In this document: piece by piece, positions 1 through 10,422 of the stretch
Layout of the letters: each line of letters opens with the position of its first letter
Numbering within the stretch: the first letter of the stretch is position 1
From: an uncultured Desulfosarcina sp.
GTDB taxonomy: Bacteria; Desulfobacterota; Desulfobacteria; Desulfobacterales; Desulfosarcinaceae
Direction of reading: 5' to 3'
DNA: 64,000 nt
Assembly: GCA_963674945.2 (NCBI GenBank)
Contig: CAXXWQ010000002.1
Location: forward strand, 480,001 to 544,000
The notes under the pieces: generated by a model
The model's database searches: none
Seen by the model: the letters and a program-made list of their open reading frames with translations, nothing else
What the model was told of the DNA's origin: nothing
Program-made: the position numbers and the translations under genes

Positions 1-392
1 AAGGTGGTGGCTTCATAGGCCCTGAGCCAATACGGATCCTTCACGTCCGGCGTGTCGAAGTTGAGCTTGACCAGCTGTGTCGCCTTGGCGTCGCAGGGGC
101 GAATCCCGACGATGGCGCGAGGAGAATCATCCTTTTCCACCTCCCGCATGATGTGGTGGTCGTCTCGTGACTCGTCCAGCGAATATTCGATAATCGTGTC
201 GGACTGGGGAAAGAGGAAAGACTTGGGGGAGAGGCGGGTGTTGACCATGTCCAGATCCGGCATCTCACCCTTTTCCAGTACCTTGAACTGGTGGCAATCC
301 TTTTCCTTGACCGGCCCGATCAGCCGGTAGGTATCGGCGGCGGTCGCCAATCCCTCGGACCATTCGTTTTTGTTTATTGCAACAAGCGTCAT
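1..392 (-). CDS. flxB: 4Fe-4S dicluster protein, FlxB/AsrA-like (partial, runs off window start)
   Basis: Hand translation from ATG at 392: MTLVAINKNEWSEGL...LIGPVKE...NTRLSPKSFLFPQSD...AIVGIRPCDAKA...DPYW, typical AsrA/FlxB N-terminus. Follows flxD-flxC. Absent from the ORF track because its stop lies outside the window. Confidence 0.75.
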   Translation of the reverse strand, partial: MTLVAINKNEWSEGLATAADTYRLIGPVKEKDCHQFKVLEKGEMPDLDMVNTRLSPKSFLFPQSDTIIEYSLDESRDDHHIMREVEKDDSPRAIVGIRPCDAKATQLVKLNFDTPDVKDPYWLRAYEATT

Positions 393-464
393 AGCAGTAA
401 CCTTTAAGCCTTAGGGGAAATTGCAGTCGGGAGATGGTCTCTTCTGGTAATCATTGTCGATCAC

Positions 465-1412
465 CTATTTGATAAAATCCGCCGGATCATTGGGTTGATA
501 CACATCCATGGCCGGACGTTGATCCAGAGAGAGACCTGCCTCCCATCCATACTGCTCCTGGCAGTCTTTTTCCAGCTTGCGTGTTAGCAGCCGCATGTCG
601 ATGCCCACCGGGCAGGCCCGCTGACAGGCACCACAATCGGTACATCGGCCGGCGCAGTGATACGCCCGCAAGAAGTGAAATGTCCGCACATCGATGGGAT
701 CCTGGCTCTTGCCCACCCATTGGGGTTTGGACTCGTCCACGAAACATGTGGGGCAGTAGCAGAGCGGACAGGCGTTTCGGCATGCATAGCAACGGATGCA
801 CGGCGAGAGAAGGTCGTCGAAAAATTTCCACTTCTCGTCGCTGGACATGGCTTCGATCTCCCGGATATCCGCGTATCGGTCGATATCCGTCTGCTCCGGT
901 ACCGGATCGGCCACCATCTCGTCGCTGATCACCGGGTTGCGGTGCACACAAAGGGTGCAGTTTTGCTGGAGTACCTCTTTTTTGTCGAACAAGGTCTCCG
1001 CATCGGCGGTCTGGACTTTGATCGTCTCGTCGGTCTCCGATACCGCAACGATTTCTCCGGCCACCAGTCCGGTGATTTTGCGCTTGTCGATCATCCCCGT
1101 GCAGGGAACGCCGATGATGTGCAGCTGATCGCGGCCGATCTTGTTCTCGATGATGTGGTTGACGATGTTGCGGGAATCACAGCCCTTGGCGAAGATGGCG
1201 ATCTTTTCTTTGCGGTCGGTCAGATAGTTCGCAAGGTTGATGCCGCAGTTGCTGTCCCAGACGAGCTGGTCGACGTCATCGGCGCTGGTGATGGAACACG
1301 GCTCGTTCATCATCGGCATCGATCCCTTGCGAAAGCCGATGACCACCGCCACCTGACAATCCTTGAGCAGGCGCCTGGCAATTTCACGGATCTTGTCTGT
1401 ATAAGCAATCAT
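465..1412 (-). CDS. flxC: 4Fe-4S dicluster protein, FlxC-like (FdhB/FrhB-related)
   Basis: KGCDSR, GVPCTG, CIRCYACRNACPLCYCPTC and HCAGRCTDCGACQRACP motifs; lies between an mvhD/flxD gene and flxB. Confidence 0.75.
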   Translation of the reverse strand: MIAYTDKIREIARRLLKDCQVAVVIGFRKGSMPMMNEPCSITSADDVDQLVWDSNCGINLANYLTDRKEKIAIFAKGCDSRNIVNHIIENKIGRDQLHIIGVPCTGMIDKRKITGLVAGEIVAVSETDETIKVQTADAETLFDKKEVLQQNCTLCVHRNPVISDEMVADPVPEQTDIDRYADIREIEAMSSDEKWKFFDDLLSPCIRCYACRNACPLCYCPTCFVDESKPQWVGKSQDPIDVRTFHFLRAYHCAGRCTDCGACQRACPVGIDMRLLTRKLEKDCQEQYGWEAGLSLDQRPAMDVYQPNDPADFIK

Positions 1413-1413
1413 C

Positions 1414-1845
1414 TCAGGCCACCTTCAGCTTCTTTTTCACGTATTTACGGTTGGGACCGATGGCCCGGACGGCCTCGGTCACTTCTTTGACGACATCGAC
1501 GAACTTGGTCGATTCGGCCGAGGAGATCCAGGAGAAATTGACACGATCCTTTTCGACTCCCATGTGTTCCAACAGGCTGTGCAGGAGGGTGAACCTGCGT
1601 CGAGCATAGTAATTACCTTCCAGGTAATGACATTCGCCCGGATGTCAGCCGGATACCCAGACGCCGTCGGCCCCCTCTCGCAGGGCTCCTAAGACGAACT
1701 TCGGATCCAGCCGCCCGGTACAGGGGATCCGGATCACCCGGATATTGGGAGGATATTGCATTCGGCTGACCCCGGCCAAGTCGGCGGCACCGTAACTGCA
1801 CCAGTTGCATAAGAATGCAACGATTTTCGGTTCCCACTGCGCCAT
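1414..1845 (-). CDS. flxD: MvhD/FlxD [2Fe-2S] subunit, selenoprotein (TGA at 1645-1647, codon 67), 143 aa
   Basis: FLCNWC...IPCTGR...[17 protein letters not shown]...FSWISSAE reads in frame through the TGA to a stop at 1414-1416. The TGA occupies the Cys of the MvhD GCHPGxCHY motif. Confidence 0.92.
1612..1628 (-). promoter_or_regulatory. putative bacterial SECIS hairpin of flxD
   Basis: mRNA AUUACCU-GGA-AGGUAAU starting 16 nt after the UGA; same hairpin at the same offset in the second Sec-mvhD. Confidence 0.7.
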
Positions 1846-1930
1846 TTCGAATTCTCCTTGGGTTTAACGTTTGAAAACAGTCCTTACGAGCCTGTTTGAA
1901 AAGTTTGGAACGGATTTTTCATACAGGCTT

Positions 1931-4900
1931 TTAGCAAGCCTCGTTCAAGGCGGTTAGCTCGGCAAAAATCTGATCCGTGTCGAAGCCTTTGAGCCGAATC
2001 GCACCGCTGCGGCAAGAGGCAGCGCAGAGGCCGCACCCTTTGCAAAGTACCGGATTGATTTCGGCGCGCCCGGGAAAGAAGCGTTCGTCGGCCCCTCGAA
2101 AGGAGGGGGCCGAGTAGGGGCAGACCGCTACGCATACCCCACACATGGCACACAATTGCGGCTGCACCTCGGCCACGGTACCGGTTGCATAGGCCACTTT
2201 TGCGGCCAGAACGCGCACGGCCCGGGAAGCGGCGGCCTTGCCCTGGGCGATGGCTTCGTCAACGGGCTTGGGATAATGGGCCATACCGCACAGATAGACG
2301 CCGTCGGAAGCAAAATCCGACGGTCCCAGCTTGGCGTGTTTTTCCGCAAACATGCCGTCATCATTGAGGGAAAGTTTAAAGAAATTTGCCAACTGGGAAT
2401 TGTCATTGGGCACGATGGCCGTCGCCAGGATCAGAAGGTCCGTGGTGATGACAACCTTGCGTTCCAGTACATGGTCTTTGACCGTAACCGCAATGCCCTG
2501 ATCCGTCACGTCGACCGCGGGTTTATCGTCCAGGTCGTATTTAATGAAAATGACACCGGCACTGCGGGCCTCCTGATACAAAAGCTCCCGCTCTCCGTAC
2601 GTCCGGATATCCCGGTACAGAATATACACATTCATTTCCGGGCTTTTCTTTTTCAGTTCCAGGGCGGTGTGGATGGAATGGGTACAGCAGACCCGGCTGC
2701 AGTATGGCCGCGTCGGTTCCCGTGACCCCACGCATTGAATGAATACGGCGCTGTTCATCTTTTTGAGGGCCGGATCCTGTTCCATGAATTTACGGTCCAG
2801 GTCCAGGCTGGTAACGATGCGTTCGTCCGTGCCGTAACCGTACTCATCGGGGACCAGCGCCCTGGCACCGGTGGCCATGATGGCGACACCGTGCTGCAAT
2901 TCGGTCTCTTCCCCGTTTTCTTTGATCGTCGACGTGAAATTGCCGATGAACCCTTTGCCGTCGACGATTTCGGCGTTTACATGGACCGTGATGCGGGGGT
3001 GATTCATGACCTCATCCACCGAAGCGGACAAGATTTGCTGCACGTCCAGCCCGTCGGTGGTTCTGTACAGGTTGCGGGCCTGTCCCCCCAAAGTATCGGA
3101 TTTTTCCACCAGATGGGTGTCGTAGCCTTGATCGGCCAGGCTTTTCGCCGCCGTCATGCCGGTAACCCCACCGCCGACCACCATTGCCGTTTGATTCACG
3201 TCGAGGCGCGCTTCGTCCAAAGGCTGGGAGAGGCCGGCATGGGCAACGGACATGCGGACCAGGTCTTTGGCCTTTTCGGAAGCCAGTTCCGGGTTGTTGC
3301 GATGCACCCAGGAGTCCTGGTTCCGGATGTTGGCCATTTGAAACAGATATTTGTTGAGTCCCGCATTGACCAGGGTTTCCTGAAACACGGCCTCATGGGT
3401 TTTGGGCGTACAGGAAGCGACGACCACCCGGTTGAGGCCCTTTTCCCTGATCACCTCGGTCATGATCTCCTGGGTGTCCTGGCTGCAGGTATACAGGTTG
3501 TCTTCCACGTATTCCACGTAGGGCAGGCTTCTCGCATATTCCGCCACCGAAGGAACGTCCACCACGCCGGCAATATTGCTGCCGCATTTGCAGACAAAGA
3601 CACCGATGCGGGGGCGATCGCCGATGACGTTGGTTTGCGGAACCGGTTCCTTTTTCACGGTACAGGAAAAACGCGCGTCGCCAAGCAGTTCTCCGGCTGC
3701 CGCGGCCGCGGCCGAGGCATCCACCACGGACTGGGGGATATCCTTGGGGCCTTGAAATGCGCCGCAGACATAAATTCCTTTGCGGGAGGTGTCCACGGGA
3801 GTGAACGTGCCGGTGCGGGCAAAGTGGGAATCCGTCAAATCGATATCGAGTCGTTGCGCCAGCGCCACCACGTCCGCAGGTACTTCGAGGCCTACGGACA
3901 ATACCACCATGTCGAAATTTTCCACTTGCATGGCACCCGACGTATCGGTGTAGCGCAGCATCAGGTCGCCGGATTCCATGTCGGTGTCGATAGTATGCAC
4001 CCGGGCCTTCACGAAGCGAACGCCGCTATTGTCCCGCGCCGAATTGTAGTACCGTTCGAACTCCTTGCCGTGGGTCCGCATGTCCATATAGAAGACCGCG
4101 CAATCCAGGTCCTCTCCCGCGTGCTCTTTGGCGATGACGGTCTGCTTGATGGCGTACATGCAGCATACCGACGAGCAGTAGGAGTGATCGCAACGGTTGA
4201 TGTCCCTGGATCCGACACACTGCAGCCAGGCGATCTTTTTGGGAAGGCGAAGATCCGAGGGGCGCTGCACATGGCCATGGAACGGACCGGAAGCACTGAG
4301 AATCCGTTCGAATTCCAGGCTGGTCACCACATCCGGGGACTTGTCGTAACCATAAAAATCCAGGCCCGAAGGATCATAGGCCGTGGTGCCGGGCGCCAGA
4401 ATTACGGCACCGGCGTCGATGGTTGATGTCTTTCCTTCGTCATCATAAAAAATGGCTTCCGCCAGACACACCTTTTCACACAACCCGCAGCCGATGCACA
4501 GCTGTGGATCGATGGTATAGGAAAGCGGTACCGATTGGGCATACTGGATGTAAATGGCCGCCTTTTTCGAAAGTCCCTGGTTGAAGGCGTCTTTGCCGCG
4601 GATCGGACAAACCTGGGCACATTGTCCGCACCCGGTACATTTGTCCGGATCGATAAAGCGGGGATAGCTGCGCAGGGATATGCTGAAATTTCCGGGATCG
4701 CCCTCTACCGAAGCCACTTCGGCGTTGGCGATGATGTTGATATTGATGTGCCGGCCGACCTCGACCAGTACAGGCGAGATGACTCACATGGCACAGTCGT
4801 TTGTGGGAAAGGTCTTGTCCAGTTGCGCCATCATTCCGCCCACCGTGGGGGAACGGTCGACAAGATGAACATAAAATCCTGAATCCGCGAGATCCAAAGC

Positions 4901-4969
4901 GGCCTGCATACCGGCGATACCGGCGCCCACCACCATTACGGTGCCTGATTTTGCCTTGCTTTCTTTCAT
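1931..4969 (-). CDS. hdrA: Heterodisulfide reductase subunit A-like flavoprotein (two FAD domains), selenoprotein (TGA at 4784-4786, codon 62), 1012 aa
   Basis: ORFs 4784-4969 and 1931-4717 are one frame: GAGIAG...[28 protein letters not shown]. Contains QCVGSR, YCSSVCC, second GGGVTG and YCSRVCC, and C-terminal 2x[4Fe-4S]. Confidence 0.93.
4748..4768 (-). promoter_or_regulatory. putative bacterial SECIS hairpin of hdrA (1931-4969)
   Basis: mRNA CUGGUCG-AGGU-CGGCCGG(CAC) begins 15 nt after the UGA; identical 21-mer at the same offset in the other Sec-hdrA. Confidence 0.65.
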
Positions 4970-5043
4970 GTTTGTCCCGCCTTCGTCTGATCTAAAATCA
5001 TTCGTTTTCCGTGTGAACCAAAAGTGGTCGGCAGTAAATGCGA

Positions 5044-5805
5044 TTACGCCGCCTGACGGATAAACAGAGGATCACGACCCTCGTACCCTTTGACATGAAC
5101 CCGCTCCGCATGTTCCAACTCCACCAGGTACGCCGCGACAACATGGCCGGGAAGGTCGGTTTGCGCTGCAAGATCCTTGACCATCAATCCTTGTTCAAGA
5201 GGCAAGGCCGATACCACCAGCGCTTTTTCGTACTCTTCCTTTATGGCCGAGGCCATCACCGCCTTGTAGCGTTCCGCGTCCACCTGTTTGCCATACACGT
5301 TGGATTTTTCCACCAGCTGTTTTTCCATGCCCATCAGCCATCGGACCCGCGGGGTGGCAAGGGTCTCTTTGAGTGCCGACAGGGCCAGGCGGTGCTCATT
5401 CGTGTCGAATTTTCCCAGTTCTACGATATCCCGGGTGAAGGCTTCGATGTTTTCTGCGAAGAGTTTTCCCTCGGCCGAGCTGACCCAATTCAACTGCAAC
5501 CGTTGTCTCCCGATGCCGGAAAGGTCCAGAAGGGAAGAGAGAACAGCGATTTTCTTTTCCGCTTGGTAATTACCGTCCAGGTAATGGCAGTCGCCGAGAT
5601 GTCACCCGCCCACGAACACGCCGTCAAAGCCATTGGCCAGGCCGTCGATGACGAACAGGGGGTCCACTCGTCCGGAACACATCACCCGTACCGGCCGAAT
5701 GGCCGCAGGATATTGGAATCGGGAGACGCCCGCCAGGTCCGCACCGGCATACGCACACCAGTTGCACAGAAAACCCAGAATTTTTGGTTCATAGGGGGGG
5801 GTCAT
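5044..5805 (-). CDS. mvhD: MvhD-like [2Fe-2S] selenoprotein (TGA at 5602-5604, codon 68) with ~110-aa C-terminal extension, 253 aa
   Basis: AAGGAG RBS 5 nt before ATG 5805. FLCNWC...MCSGR...[17 protein letters not shown]...LNWVSSAEG joins ORFs 5602-5811 and 5044-5499 in frame. Confidence 0.9.
5569..5585 (-). promoter_or_regulatory. putative bacterial SECIS hairpin of extended mvhD
   Basis: mRNA AUUACC-UGGAC-GGUAAU starting 16 nt after the UGA. Confidence 0.7.
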
Positions 5806-5823
5806 ATTCACTCCTTATAGGTT

Positions 5824-5948
5824 GACGACTTCGTAAAAAGCCCGATATTTGCGTTACGCTTCATCCCTCGTCACTGCGACGTATCCAACCATACGTCTCA
5901 TTCCTCGGGACTCGCAAGCCTTGATCTCGAACTTTTTACGAAGTTGTC
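5824..5948. repeat. dispersed palindromic element, type A copy 1 (MITE/ERIC-like)
   Basis: 17-bp terminal inverted repeat GACGACTTCGTAAAAAG / CTTTTTACGAAGTTGTC (1 mismatch); homologous to 12872-12995 (inverted) and 30045-30167. Confidence 0.9.
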
Positions 5949-5968
5949 CGAAATCTGATGGCATGGTT

Positions 5969-8965
5969 CTAAGCACATGCGGTCATGGCCGCTTCAATTT
6001 GCTCGCGACTAAAGTGCCTCATGTCAATGGCTTTCTGGGGACACGACGATGCACAGATGCCGCATCCCTTGCACAATGCGGACAGACCCTGCGCGCGATA
6101 TCCCTTGCCTTCCACCTTGATCAACTGGATCGCGGAAAAGGGGCAGGCCAGTTCGCACAGCCCACAGCCGATGCACAGGGCCTCATCCACGTTGGAGACG
6201 ATGGGCTCGATGGCGATATGGTCTTTCGACAGCACCGTTGCCGCACGGGATGCCGCCGCCTGGGCCTGGGCGATGGATTCTTCCATGAACTTGGGATAAT
6301 GGGCCAGGCCGCAGATATACACGCCGTCCGTGGCGCATTCCACGGGCCGAAGCTTGGCATGGGCCTCGGCGAGAAAATGTTCGGCATTGGTGGAAACCTT
6401 GAACATCCGTGAAATTTCCGTATTGTCTGCCGGTTCGATGGCCGTGGCCAGGTTGACCAGATCCGCGGTGATGGACAGGTCCCGTCCCAGAATAAAATCA
6501 TGAACGATTACTTGCAGACCCTGGTCGGTTTCCCTGACCTCGGGTTTGTGATCCAGGTCATAGCGGATAAAAATTACCCCGAGCTTGCGGGCGTTTTGAT
6601 ACAGTCGTTCTTTTTCGCCATAGGTTCGGATGTCGCGATAGAGAATATAAACGGACCGGTCCGGATTGCTTTCTTTCAAGGCGATGGCGTTCTCGATGGA
6701 AGCCGTGCAGCAAACCTTGGAGCAGTAAGGGCGGTTTGCGTCCCGGGAACCCACGCATTGGATGAAAACCACGCTTTGGGCCGCTTCGACATCCGGATGG
6801 TCCCACAGTTCGTGCCACCGGGTCACGCGGGGATTCTTATGGTAGCCATATTCATCGGTATCGGCCGCCTGTCCACCCATGGCCAGAATGGCTGCCCCAT
6901 GGGAAAGGGTGCGGGTGCTTTCTCCGGTCCTCACCAGGGTTTCGAAATTTCCGACAAACCCGTTGACCGCAGCGATCTCGGTGCCGCAAAGCACTTCGAT
7001 ATCCGGATGGGCGGAGACTTCGGAGACAAGTTTTGCCAGATAGTTCGAAACCTTCGACTTTTTTATGGTTTTCGCGCCGCCCCCCAGTTCACCGGATTTT
7101 TCCACCAATACAGTGGGAAAGCCCTGGTCGGCCAGGCTTTTTGCCGCGGTCATTCCTGCGATTCCACCACCGATCACCAGGGCCGAATGCTGAACATCGA
7201 CGGCATTGGCATCCAACGGTTCCAGCCGGTTGGCCCGGGCCACGGACATGGCAACCAGATCCTTGGCCTTGGCCGTTGCCGTGGCCTTGTCCTTGTGCAC
7301 CCAGGTACATTGGTTGCGGATATTGGCCATCTCGAACAGATAGGGGTTTAAGCCCGCATTGCGAAGGGTCTCTTGAAACAGGGGCTCGTGGGTGCGTGGC
7401 GTGCAGGCCGCCACCACCACCCGGTTCAATTTTTCGGATGCGATCACCTCAGCCATCTTGTCCTGTGTGTCCTGGCTGCAGGTAAAGAGGTTCTCTTCCA
7501 CATAGGCAACGCCGGGCAGTTCTCTGGCAAATGCGGCGATTTCCGGCACATCGGCGATCCCGCCGATATTGGACCCGCAATTACAGACGAACACCCCGAT
7601 TCTGGGCGCATCGCCGGCCACCGGCTGTTCCGGCGGAAATGTTTTTTCCCTGATCAGGCTTCCCCGTGCAGAACTCAGGCTGCGCGCCGCCCCTTCGGCC
7701 GCGGCACTGGCTTCCATGACGGAATCCGGAATGTCTTTGCATCCCCGGGCCACGCCGGCCACATAAATACCGGGTCTGGATGTGGCAATGGGGGCAAGCT
7801 CGTCGGTTTGCACGAATCGGGAGGAATTCAGATCGATGCCCAGGGTTTGGGCCAGTTGCTGCGTGGATTCGGTCGCTTCCATTCCTACGGACAACACCGC
7901 GATGTCAAAGGATTCGTTTACCAACGCGCCGTTTTCGGTCACATACTGAAAATTCAGGGTCCCGTCCGGCTCTTCGGTGATCGTATGAATCCGGGAGCGG
8001 ACAAACCGGACGCCCGCATCCTTGGCCCGTTCGTAATATTTCTCGAAATCCTTGCCATAGGTGCGCATGTCCATGAAAAAGATGGTCGCTTCGACGTCAC
8101 CGTCTACGTGATCATCGACCAGCATCGCCTCTTTTAGGGCATACATGCAACAGACAGAGGAACAGTATGCATTGTCGCATTTATTGAAATCCCGGGATCC
8201 CACGCATTGAAGCCATGCGATCTTGGACACTTCTCCATCGTCCGAAGGCCGTTTGACGGCACCCTTGGTGGGGCCGCCGGCGGAGAGCATCCGTTCGAAT
8301 TCCAGGCTGGTGACCACGTTGGGCATGTTCGAATACTGATAATTGTCCAACCCCTTGGGATCAAAGGCTTTGAATCCGGAGGTAAGAATCACCGAGCCGA
8401 CATTGCGGGTGAGTTCCTTTTCCGTATCTTCGAAATTGATCGCCCCCGTGGGGCAGAATTTTTCGCAGGCACGGCATTTGCCTTTTTTAAAGTAGATGCA
8501 GTTTTCCGCATCGATGGCGTATTTCAGGGGGACTGCCTGGGAATATGGCACGTAGGCGGCTTTTCGCACGGCCAACCCTTCATCATATTCATCGATGACT
8601 TTTTTGGGGCATTTTTCGGCGCAGAGTCCGCAGGCGATGCATTTTTCCATGTCCACATAACGGGGCGCCTGCTTGACGGTGACGGTGAAATTACCAACTT
8701 CCCCGTCGATGCCCGTTACTTCCGACAGGGTCAACAATTCGATATTAAGGTGCCGGCCGACCTCGACCAGCTTCGGCGAGAGTATTCACATGGCGCAGTC
8801 GTTCGTGGGGAAAGTTTTGTCCAACTGGGCCATGACGCCACCGATGGCCGGGGATTTTTCTACAAGATGGACGAAGAATCCGGAATCGGCCAAATCCAGC
8901 GCGGCCTGCATGCCGGAGATCCCGCCGCCAACGACCAACACGGAACCAATCTTTTCCTTTGCCAT
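5969..8965 (-). CDS. hdrA: Heterodisulfide reductase subunit A-like flavoprotein (two FAD domains), selenoprotein (TGA at 8786-8788, codon 60), 998 aa
   Basis: Hand translation from ATG 8965 (AGGAG RBS): [18 protein letters not shown]...[36 protein letters not shown], in frame with ORF 5969-8737; full set of HdrA Cys motifs. Confidence 0.93.
8750..8770 (-). promoter_or_regulatory. putative bacterial SECIS hairpin of hdrA (5969-8965)
   Basis: mRNA CUGGUCG-AGGU-CGGCCGG(CAC) 15 nt after the UGA. Confidence 0.65.
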
Positions 8966-9336
8966 TGCTGTGCTCCTGAATTTTCATGAGATGCATGAAA
9001 TATATGATGCGAAACCAGTAATTCGTTTCGTTACGATCGCGGACGCTGCGAACACTGAATGAAATCTACTATAGAGACAGGACTTTCTTGTCAATAGGAT
9101 TATATCGCCTTTGCGCAAAACCCTGTGATTCGTAAGTGTCATATGCCCAAAAAAATCAATGAAATACGTTTGGAAAAAGTTTTTGATGACGAATTTCAGG
9201 GGGTCATGGTAAATGATGCATGGCCTGGATCGCGAAACTTTCATTTGTCCTCGTTTATGGGTTTTATTGATTCGGATCATTCGTGCGTGTTACTATTTTC
9301 TTATCAAACGCTTTTTCCATGCAAAGATGAAACGAG

Positions 9337-10272
9337 ATGATGGATAGTCCGCCGACGGATCTACCGAAAATTATCGTCGTATGCGGTCCGACAGGTTCCG
9401 GCAAGACCGGTTTTGCCATCGACCTGGCCCAACGGTTCGATGGTGAAATCGTTGGTGCCGATTCCATGCAGGTATATCGATACATGGATGTCGGAACGGC
9501 GAAACCCACGGCACAGGAATTGGCGGCGGTTCCCCACCATTTGATCGATGTCGTCGATCCGGACCAGGATTTCGATGCCGCCGCCTACGCGGCCATGGCT
9601 GTCCGTGTCATTGGCCGAATCATCGACAGCGGGCGCACCGTTTTCGTGGTGGGGGGGACGGGGCTCTATATCAAGGCACTGATGTACGGCCTTTTCGAGG
9701 CCGGTTCGTCGGATCCGGCCATTCGTCGAGAGCTGAAGCGACAGGCCGCCGCGCAGGGGACGGCGCACCTGCACCGCCGACTCGGCCGGATCGATCCGGC
9801 GGCAGCCGCGCGGATACATCCCAACGATACCCATCGCATCGTTCGTGCATTGGAAGTGTTCGAAGCTTCGGGCCAACCGCTCACGCAATTTCAACGGCAC
9901 CACGGTTTTCGGCAGAAGCGATTTCATGCACTGGAAATCGGTATCTCATGGCCCCGCCAGGAACTCTACGATCGTATCAACCGGCGGGTCGACGAGATGA
10001 TGGCGCTCGGATTTTACGACGAGGTGAAACGGCTTTTGGCAAAAGGATATGGCCCACACCTCAAATCCATGCAGAGTCTGGGGTACCGGCACCTGTCGGC
10101 GGTTGCCGCGGGCAGTGCGGCGATGAGCGACGCCGTCTCTTTGCTGAAGCGGGACCATCGTCGGTACGCCAAGCGTCAGATGACGTGGTTCGGTGCCAGA
10201 TCCGAAATTTTCTGGACACCCTTGGGCGAGTCGGCGTCGGTGGCTCGTGCCATTCAATCGTTCATGGCGTAA
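9337..10272 (+). CDS. miaA: tRNA dimethylallyltransferase
   Basis: GPTGSGKT, ADSMQVY, GTAKP, VGGTGLY, IHPND, YAKRQMTW motifs. Confidence 0.97.
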   Translation: MMDSPPTDLPKIIVVCGPTGSGKTGFAIDLAQRFDGEIVGADSMQVYRYMDVGTAKPTAQELAAVPHHLIDVVDPDQDFDAAAYAAMAVRVIGRIIDSGRTVFVVGGTGLYIKALMYGLFEAGSSDPAIRRELKRQAAAQGTAHLHRRLGRIDPAAAARIHPNDTHRIVRALEVFEASGQPLTQFQRHHGFRQKRFHALEIGISWPRQELYDRINRRVDEMMALGFYDEVKRLLAKGYGPHLKSMQSLGYRHLSAVAAGSAAMSDAVSLLKRDHRRYAKRQMTWFGARSEIFWTPLGESASVARAIQSFMA

Positions 10273-10422
10273 TCTTTTGTTCCATCGTTCCCGTTTATGG
10301 ACCGGCGGGTCCGGATCCGATGCCATCTCCTTTTTCGCGAAAATTTGGCTGGTGTAAGGCGAATCCATCCTTATCATATCGATAGTTGACCGATTGGATC
10401 CACTTTTGAGGTTTTTTGTACC

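Noticed and set aside
5794..5801. C8 tract just after the extended mvhD start as a phase-variation switch
   Set aside because: Only 8 nt, currently in frame, encodes Thr-Pro-Pro; no evidence of length variation from one sequence.
1645..8788. hdrA/mvhD genes as nonsense pseudogenes
   Set aside because: All four stops are TGA at conserved Cys positions, with intact downstream frames and hairpins; Sec recoding explains them better.
9066..9094. sigma70 promoter for the Sec-hdr operon
   Set aside because: Perfect TTGACA, but TATAGT is only 15 nt away and the 17-nt position is a poor match; not called.
8984..9340. Short ORFs in the AT-rich hdrA-miaA intergenic region
   Set aside because: No RBS or motif, atypical composition; more likely a divergent promoter region.
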